This document shows positions 58,095-64,000 of a DNA stretch of 64,000 nt, piece by piece (the first letter of the stretch is position 1; each line of letters begins with the position of its first letter). The notes below the pieces were generated by a model. The model ran no database searches. It was not told the origin of the DNA and saw only the letters and a program-made list of their open reading frames with translations. A program made the translations under genes and the position numbers. The stretch is from Flavobacterium sp. Its GTDB lineage: Bacteria; Bacteroidota; Bacteroidia; Flavobacteriales; Flavobacteriaceae. Location of the stretch: assembly GCA_041303115.1 (NCBI GenBank), contig JBFYPW010000001.1, positions 2,335-66,334 of the forward strand, read 5' to 3'.

Positions 58095-59423
58095 TTAATT
58101 TACTAATTTGTCTAAAATCAATTGATAAATGTCCTTTCCAAACGTTAGTGCCATTAAGGATAGTAGAAAAATCATACCTCCCGTTTGCACATAACCCGCC
58201 GCTTTGTCTGATAATTTTTTACCGGTAATCATTTCAACAATTGTAAATAAAGCATGTCCGCCATCTAAACCAGGAATAGGTAATAAATTCATAAAAGCCA
58301 AGCCAATAGAAAATAAAGCAGTGAAATTCCAAATAAATTCCCAATCCCAAGAATCTGGTAATTGACGTGCAATACCGATAGGGCTTTTTACTTGTTTGTA
58401 AGCGCCTGTTGCTGGTTTTAAAATTAATTTGAACTGTTTCACATTATATACCAATAATTGGTACGATTCTTTCACTGCTGCTGAAATTGCCTCACCAAAT
58501 GAAAGCTTATTTATAATTTGAAAATCAAATTTATCTTGGATTTTGGGCACAAACCCTAATTTACCTTCTGCATTTACTTTTGCTCTTAGATTTACTAACT
58601 TAGAATTTCTTTCAACAACTATGTTGATTGAGTCGTTTTTTAAATTTTTTAAGTCTTCTGCAAAAACATCAAAATAACTAAATTGTTTGCCGTTTACAGA
58701 TTGAATTACATCGCCTTTTAAAAGTTTGGCTTTAGCCGCTTCAGATTTTGTTGTTACAGAATCAATAGCAATCTTTGAAATCCTTGGTTGTATGAAGTTT
58801 TTTCCTTCACTTCCTAAAATTTCACCTTTTTGTTCATCTGTTAAATTTAATTTTACTTCGGTGCCGTTTCTGTCAATAATCACTTCATTGCTTAATAAAA
58901 CATCAATTACTGCCCAATTAAACTTAGGTTGTAAGGTACCATCAATTGAAACAATTTTATCGCCATTCTTAAACCCTACGCTTTGCCCAATTTCGCCAAA
59001 TGCCAATCCGTTTTTTTGAATTTTTTCAGTAGAAATGTATTTTTGGCCTACAGTAGAAAACATCATCGTATAAATAAACCAAGCCAATAAAATATTAACT
59101 ATAATTCCACCTAACATTACAATTAAACGTTGCCAAGCTGGTTTAGAACGAAATTCCCAAGGTTGTGGCTCTTGTTTCATTTGGTCTTCATCCATGCTTT
59201 CGTCAATCATACCCGAAATTTTCACATAACCACCTAATGGCAGCCAACCAATTCCCCATTCGGTTTCGCCAATTTTCTTTTTAATTAATGAAAAACCAAC
59301 ATCCATAAACAAGTAGAATTTTTCTACTCGCATTTTAAACATTTTTGCTGTTATATAGTGTCCAAATTCGTGAAGAATTACTAAAACCGATAATATAAAA
59401 AGTATTTGTGCAACTTGAATCAT
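58095..59423 (-). CDS. rseP: RIP metalloprotease RseP
   Basis: HEFGH, PLGGYVK, PDZ domains, NLLPIPGLDGG. Confidence 0.96.
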   Translation of the reverse strand: MIQVAQILFILSVLVILHEFGHYITAKMFKMRVEKFYLFMDVGFSLIKKKIGETEWGIGWLPLGGYVKISGMIDESMDEDQMKQEPQPWEFRSKPAWQRLIVMLGGIIVNILLAWFIYTMMFSTVGQKYISTEKIQKNGLAFGEIGQSVGFKNGDKIVSIDGTLQPKFNWAVIDVLLSNEVIIDRNGTEVKLNLTDEQKGEILGSEGKNFIQPRISKIAIDSVTTKSEAAKAKLLKGDVIQSVNGKQFSYFDVFAEDLKNLKNDSINIVVERNSKLVNLRAKVNAEGKLGFVPKIQDKFDFQIINKLSFGEAISAAVKESYQLLVYNVKQFKLILKPATGAYKQVKSPIGIARQLPDSWDWEFIWNFTALFSIGLAFMNLLPIPGLDGGHALFTIVEMITGKKLSDKAAGYVQTGGMIFLLSLMALTFGKDIYQLILDKLVN

Positions 59424-59497
59424 TTTAATTTTGATTTGTATTTAAAAAGCAAAAGTAAGGTTTTCACCTTACTTTTTAATATTATTTTATGGTTACC

Positions 59498-61426
59498 CTA
59501 TTTTTTTATGAAATTTTTATGAAATAGCCCTTCTGAAGTTTCAATTTTTAAAAAATGTACCCCACTTGAAAGTCCAGAAATATCAAGAATATTTTTGAAA
59601 TCTGTTTTTAAAAGTTGCCCTAAATTATTATAAATTTCCACTTTGTATAAAGTTACGTTACTCGGGAATTGGATAGTTAATTCGTTTTCTGAAGGAACTG
59701 GATATACTGAAATTGCTGAGCTCATATCAAAATTTTCAGTGCCTAATGTAGCCGTATTATTTTTAGAAATAATATGTTTATTTGGGTCAAAAGCAACACC
59801 CGTTACTACAAACGGAACCGAAACAATAAATTCTTGAGCATTGGTTGTATTGTTTACTACAACGTCTAAAACTTGTGCTCCGCTTCCTGTTAATCTAATT
59901 TCTAAAGGCATTTCAAAAAAAGAAACACTGGAGTGGGATTGCGTTTGATTTACAATAATTTTTGCTTGTCCCGCACCCCAATTTTGAGCAGTAATAGTAT
60001 AAGTAGGATATCCTTGATTGTACAACCAATCGTTGAAAAATTCCGTTAAACTGTTACCATTATCAGCAGCCTCTAAATGCGATTTCAAATTCGCTGTAAC
60101 CGCATATCCATATGCTAAAGCTGGATCTGCTAAATAACTTTTTAATGCTTGAAAAAATTTCACGTCTCCCAATTTCCATCGTAACATATGTGTAATCATC
60201 GAGCCTTTATTGTAGGTTAATCGTGAACTGAAAATTGTATTTACATTTAATGCACCTGCATCTGTTAAATAAGTAGCACCTCCTGGTTGAGATGTAATAT
60301 TGGTTATTTTATTCGTTTTCCATGTTACAAAATTAGATGCACCATCTTGCTCATGAACCAAACCAGACATATATTCTGTTAATCCTTCATTTAACCATAT
60401 GTCTTTCCAAGTACCACATGTGATTTTATTACCAAACCAATGGTGAGCTAACTCGTGCGAAATTAAATCTCTTCCAAAGCTTCCCATTGATGAAACTGTC
60501 GTATGCTCCATGCCACCACCCCAACCAAACTGCGCATGACCATATTTTTCATTTCTAAATGGATAGGGTTCTAACAAACTTTCAAATAAATTCATAATCC
60601 CCGGAGTTACTCCTAATTGGTTTTGAACAGTAGTTGTATTGGATTCTGGATATAAATAATTTACTATTGGAAAATATGGGCTAGATAAAGTCCCTAACCC
60701 TGCTTGTTGATTAAAAACTTGGTAATTCGTAATGTTTAAAACAATTAAATAAGCCGGAATCGGATATAAATGCTTAAAATGTGTAGTAGCATTAGCGCCT
60801 GTTACAATTCTGCTCTGTTCTAAACCGTTAGATACACTATAAAAAGCAGAAGGTGCCGTAATATAAATATCAAAACTATTGATTTTATCATTTAAATCTT
60901 GCTTACATGGCCACCAATCTCTAGCGCCAAAAGGTTCAGAAAGGGTGTAAATTACTGGCGTTCCGGCGTGAGTACCTCTAGTAAAAGCGCCTTCTGCAGT
61001 AGGCGGAATACCCGCATAAGTAATTATTACTGAAGCACTAGTTCCTGAGGAAATGGTACTTGGAAAAATAATGTTTAATTCGTAATTACTTTGAGAATAA
61101 TTTAAATTCACACTATTCATAGTTACAGAACTTACTACTAACTGAGTAGCCATATCAAAAGTGATCGTATTCATGTTTGCTAAAGCAGTAAAAGTGGTTT
61201 TTACAATACCACTAATTGCAGCAGGTGTATTGTTCGGGTTTACTGTAAAACGCAACTCATGATAAGTAATATCATAATTTTGTGTGTTCGGATTTACTTG
61301 AACATTCATTGTGGATGCGGCCGATTTTGATTCAGATTCCACCATTTTTTCAAATTCTAATTCTGTAGTTTGTGAAAAACCAAAAGTAACAGATAAAAGA
61401 AAAAAGAAATGAATAATTTTTTTCAT
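59498..61426 (-). CDS. M1 family aminopeptidase with T9SS type A CTD
   Basis: GGMEH, HELAHHWFG...WLNEG (HEXXH-18-E), YNKG, C-terminal VYPVP...FIKK. Confidence 0.93.
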   Translation of the reverse strand: MKKIIHFFFLLSVTFGFSQTTELEFEKMVESESKSAASTMNVQVNPNTQNYDITYHELRFTVNPNNTPAAISGIVKTTFTALANMNTITFDMATQLVVSSVTMNSVNLNYSQSNYELNIIFPSTISSGTSASVIITYAGIPPTAEGAFTRGTHAGTPVIYTLSEPFGARDWWPCKQDLNDKINSFDIYITAPSAFYSVSNGLEQSRIVTGANATTHFKHLYPIPAYLIVLNITNYQVFNQQAGLGTLSSPYFPIVNYLYPESNTTTVQNQLGVTPGIMNLFESLLEPYPFRNEKYGHAQFGWGGGMEHTTVSSMGSFGRDLISHELAHHWFGNKITCGTWKDIWLNEGLTEYMSGLVHEQDGASNFVTWKTNKITNITSQPGGATYLTDAGALNVNTIFSSRLTYNKGSMITHMLRWKLGDVKFFQALKSYLADPALAYGYAVTANLKSHLEAADNGNSLTEFFNDWLYNQGYPTYTITAQNWGAGQAKIIVNQTQSHSSVSFFEMPLEIRLTGSGAQVLDVVVNNTTNAQEFIVSVPFVVTGVAFDPNKHIISKNNTATLGTENFDMSSAISVYPVPSENELTIQFPSNVTLYKVEIYNNLGQLLKTDFKNILDISGLSSGVHFLKIETSEGLFHKNFIKK

Positions 61427-61553
61427 TATTGTAAATTAAAACACGAAACTAAGTAAATATTTTCAATTATTAAAGATTCTACACATTTGTGTGGGCACTT
61501 TTCTATAAAATTTACAACAATTTCTTACATTTGCTTTCCAAAAACAAACAAAC

Positions 61554-62825
61554 ATGTTACAAGTACATTTTATTAGAGAAAACAAAGAAGAAGTAATTAC
61601 GCGTTTAGCGAAAAAAAACTTTGAGGCAACTGCCATTGTTGAACTTATTGTAGAATTAGACGAAAAACGAAGAAATACGCAAGTTGAATTAGACAATTTG
61701 TTAGCAGAATCTAATAAATTATCCAAAGATATTGGCGAAATGATGAAAAATGGTGAAAAAGCCAAAGCCGAAATCTTAAAGGAAAAAACGACTCAAATTA
61801 GAGAAAATTCGAAACAATTAAACGAAAGTTTGAATGCAATTTCAAGTCAATTGCAAGACGAATTATATAAATTACCGAATTTACCAGCCGATATTGTTCC
61901 TTTTGGAAAAACACCTGAAGAAAATATAAACGTTTTTGAAGAGGGAGACATTCCAAAATTACATGAAGGCGCTTTGCCTCATTGGGAATTAGCGAAAAAA
62001 TATGATATTATCGACTTTGAATTAGGGGTAAAAATCACTGGTGCAGGTTTCCCTGTTTACAAAGGAAAAGGAGCTAAATTACAACGTGCATTAATTTCTT
62101 ATTTCTTAGATAAAAACACCGATGCAGGTTACAAAGAATATCAAGTACCGCATTTAGTAAATGAAGCATCCGCTTATGGAACGGGACAATTACCAGATAA
62201 AGACGGACAAATGTATCACGATGCAACGGATAATTTGTATTTAATTCCAACAGCAGAAGTGCCGGTAACAAATATTTTTAGAGACGATTTAGTTTCAGAA
62301 AATGATTTACCTATTTTATGCACGGGCTACACCCCTTGTTTCCGAAGAGAGGCAGGTTCTTACGGGGCCCATGTTCGAGGATTAAATCGTTTACACCAAT
62401 TTGATAAAGTAGAAATTGTACGTATTGAAAAACCAGAAAATTCTTATGCCGCTTTAGACGGAATGGTGGAACACGTGAAAGAAATTTTACATGAATTAAA
62501 ATTGCCTTACCGAATTTTACGATTATGTGGTGGTGATATGAGTTTTGCATCGGCATTAACCTATGATTTCGAAGTATTTTCAACTGCGCAAGACCGTTGG
62601 TTAGAAATTTCTTCTGTTTCTAATTTTGAAACCTTCCAAGCAAATAGATTAAAATTAAGATACAAAGATGCGAATGGTAAAAACCAATTGGCACACACTT
62701 TAAACGGAAGTTCATTAGCCTTACCTCGTGTTTTAGCTGGGATTTTAGAAAACTATCAAACGCCGGAAGGCATCGTAATTCCGGAAGTTTTAAGACGATA
62801 TACTGGATTTGATATTATAAACTAA
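61554..62825 (+). CDS. serS: Serine--tRNA ligase
   Basis: LIPTAEVP, CFRREAGS, RLHQFDKVE, EISSVSN, HTLNGS.LA. Confidence 0.98.
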   Translation: MLQVHFIRENKEEVITRLAKKNFEATAIVELIVELDEKRRNTQVELDNLLAESNKLSKDIGEMMKNGEKAKAEILKEKTTQIRENSKQLNESLNAISSQLQDELYKLPNLPADIVPFGKTPEENINVFEEGDIPKLHEGALPHWELAKKYDIIDFELGVKITGAGFPVYKGKGAKLQRALISYFLDKNTDAGYKEYQVPHLVNEASAYGTGQLPDKDGQMYHDATDNLYLIPTAEVPVTNIFRDDLVSENDLPILCTGYTPCFRREAGSYGAHVRGLNRLHQFDKVEIVRIEKPENSYAALDGMVEHVKEILHELKLPYRILRLCGGDMSFASALTYDFEVFSTAQDRWLEISSVSNFETFQANRLKLRYKDANGKNQLAHTLNGSSLALPRVLAGILENYQTPEGIVIPEVLRRYTGFDIIN

Positions 62826-62889
62826 TATTAAATCTTTACTAACAATGCACTGAGTTAACCATTTTTTGTTACTTTAGTGCATTCTTTTT

Positions 62890-64000
62890 ATGAAAAAAAT
62901 TTATTCCATTATATTGTCCTTTTTCTCGCTACTTGTGGTTTCTCAAAACGAACAATTAGCACAAAATTACTTTGACAAAGGTGAATTTGATAAAGCCGCA
63001 TCTTTGTATGAAGAAATGGAGAAAAAACAACCCAATAATTTCTATTTTACTCAGAAATTAGTTGCTTGTTTTCAAGGTTTAAAACAATTTGATAAAGCAG
63101 AAAAATTACTTTTAAGTAAAAAAGATAAATTTAATCAACCAATAATTTTTGTCGAATTAGGATTCAATTCGCAACTGCAAAAAGACACAAATAAAGCAGA
63201 ATCCTATTATAAAAAAGCGATTGAAGTAGTAGAAAAACAGCCCAATTATGCCTATCAAATTGGGCAAGCTTTTGAGCAAAAATCGTTATTACTTCAGGCG
63301 TATTCCACGTATGAAGTAGCACAAAAAACAAATTCAAGTATGAATTTCGATTACCAAATGGCTTTGCTTCAAGGTCAAATGGGGAATTTAGATGTGATGG
63401 TAGTAAAATTATTAGATTACTCTTATGCTAACATAAATTCGACGTTAAGTGTACAAAATCAATTGGTGTTTTTTATGCAAGATGATGCTGAAAATGTGTT
63501 TGCCAATTCCCTTAAAAAAGAACTTTTACTTCGCACCCAAAAAACACAAGACATTTATTGGAATCAGTTTTTAAGTTGGTTATACATAAATCTTAAAGAA
63601 TATAACAAAGCTTTTATTCAAGAAAAATCAATTTATAAAAGAAATCCAGAATCGTTTGACGACATCATTCAACTGGCACAAATTTGTGTAAATGAAAAGG
63701 AAACGGAAACAGCACAAGCTATTTTTGAATTCATTTTACAAAATACAACGGACGAATCAACCATTTTAAATGCACAATATTTTCTGCTAAAAAACGAAAT
63801 TGAAACTGCAAAACCAGAAACGTATTCAATGATTCAAACAAAATTTGAAACATTATTAAGCCAGTATGGAAATTCGCCTTATGCTATAGATTTACGAATT
63901 TTAGCAGCGCATTTCAAAGCCTTTTATTTGAATGATTTTGAAAAAGCAAAAGCACTTTTAGAAGCAACTATGGAAATGCCATTAAATATTCGTCAGAAAG
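62890..64000 (+). CDS. Tetratricopeptide repeat protein, exported; truncated by the window edge
   Basis: Manual translation from ATG 62890: MKKIYSIILSFFSLLVVSQNEQLAQNYFDKGEFDKAASLYEEM..., TPR-like helices. Not in the ORF track. Confidence 0.8.
   Translation, partial: MKKIYSIILSFFSLLVVSQNEQLAQNYFDKGEFDKAASLYEEMEKKQPNNFYFTQKLVACFQGLKQFDKAEKLLLSKKDKFNQPIIFVELGFNSQLQKDTNKAESYYKKAIEVVEKQPNYAYQIGQAFEQKSLLLQAYSTYEVAQKTNSSMNFDYQMALLQGQMGNLDVMVVKLLDYSYANINSTLSVQNQLVFFMQDDAENVFANSLKKELLLRTQKTQDIYWNQFLSWLYINLKEYNKAFIQEKSIYKRNPESFDDIIQLAQICVNEKETETAQAIFEFILQNTTDESTILNAQYFLLKNEIETAKPETYSMIQTKFETLLSQYGNSPYAIDLRILAAHFKAFYLNDFEKAKALLEATMEMPLNIRQK

Noticed and set aside
980-62583. Many 60-120 aa ORF-track entries overlapping real genes (e.g. 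980-1297, 21817-22146, 39371-39739, 61463-61765)
   Set aside because: Antisense or off-frame shadows of well-supported genes, with no recognisable motifs
1-64000. CRISPR array, prophage, integrase or IS transposase
   Set aside because: No repeat-spacer periodicity and no cas, phage, integrase or transposase ORF was recognised

Overview
AT-rich chromosomal window from a Bacteroidota organism, most likely Flavobacterium (TAnnTTTG -7 promoter boxes, A-rich start contexts with no Shine-Dalgarno, T9SS substrates). It is mostly core genes: purF, recX, thiL, rnhA, purN, acpP-fabF-rnc, pyk, lepA, dinB, uvrC, hmgA-hppD, kynA, pgi, class I fumarase, pheS, two tRNA-Asn genes, rseP and serS. Accessory parts are an Eco47II-like type II restriction-modification pair between a Crp/Fnr regulator and a TolC-MFP-RND efflux operon, an SDR/MerR divergon, three T9SS-secreted proteins and a two-component system. 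No CRISPR array, prophage or transposase was seen. The most interesting unexplained signals are non-coding or very small. (1) A stand-alone ~105-nt candidate sRNA at 37454-37559, whose single-stranded core is the reverse complement of a typical Bacteroidota translation-initiation region. (2) A 20-codon candidate leader peptide in front of hmgA-hppD. (3) A second candidate sRNA downstream of purF. (4) A terminator-like hairpin inside the 5' end of rnc. All product calls come from recognising motifs by eye; no database search was run.
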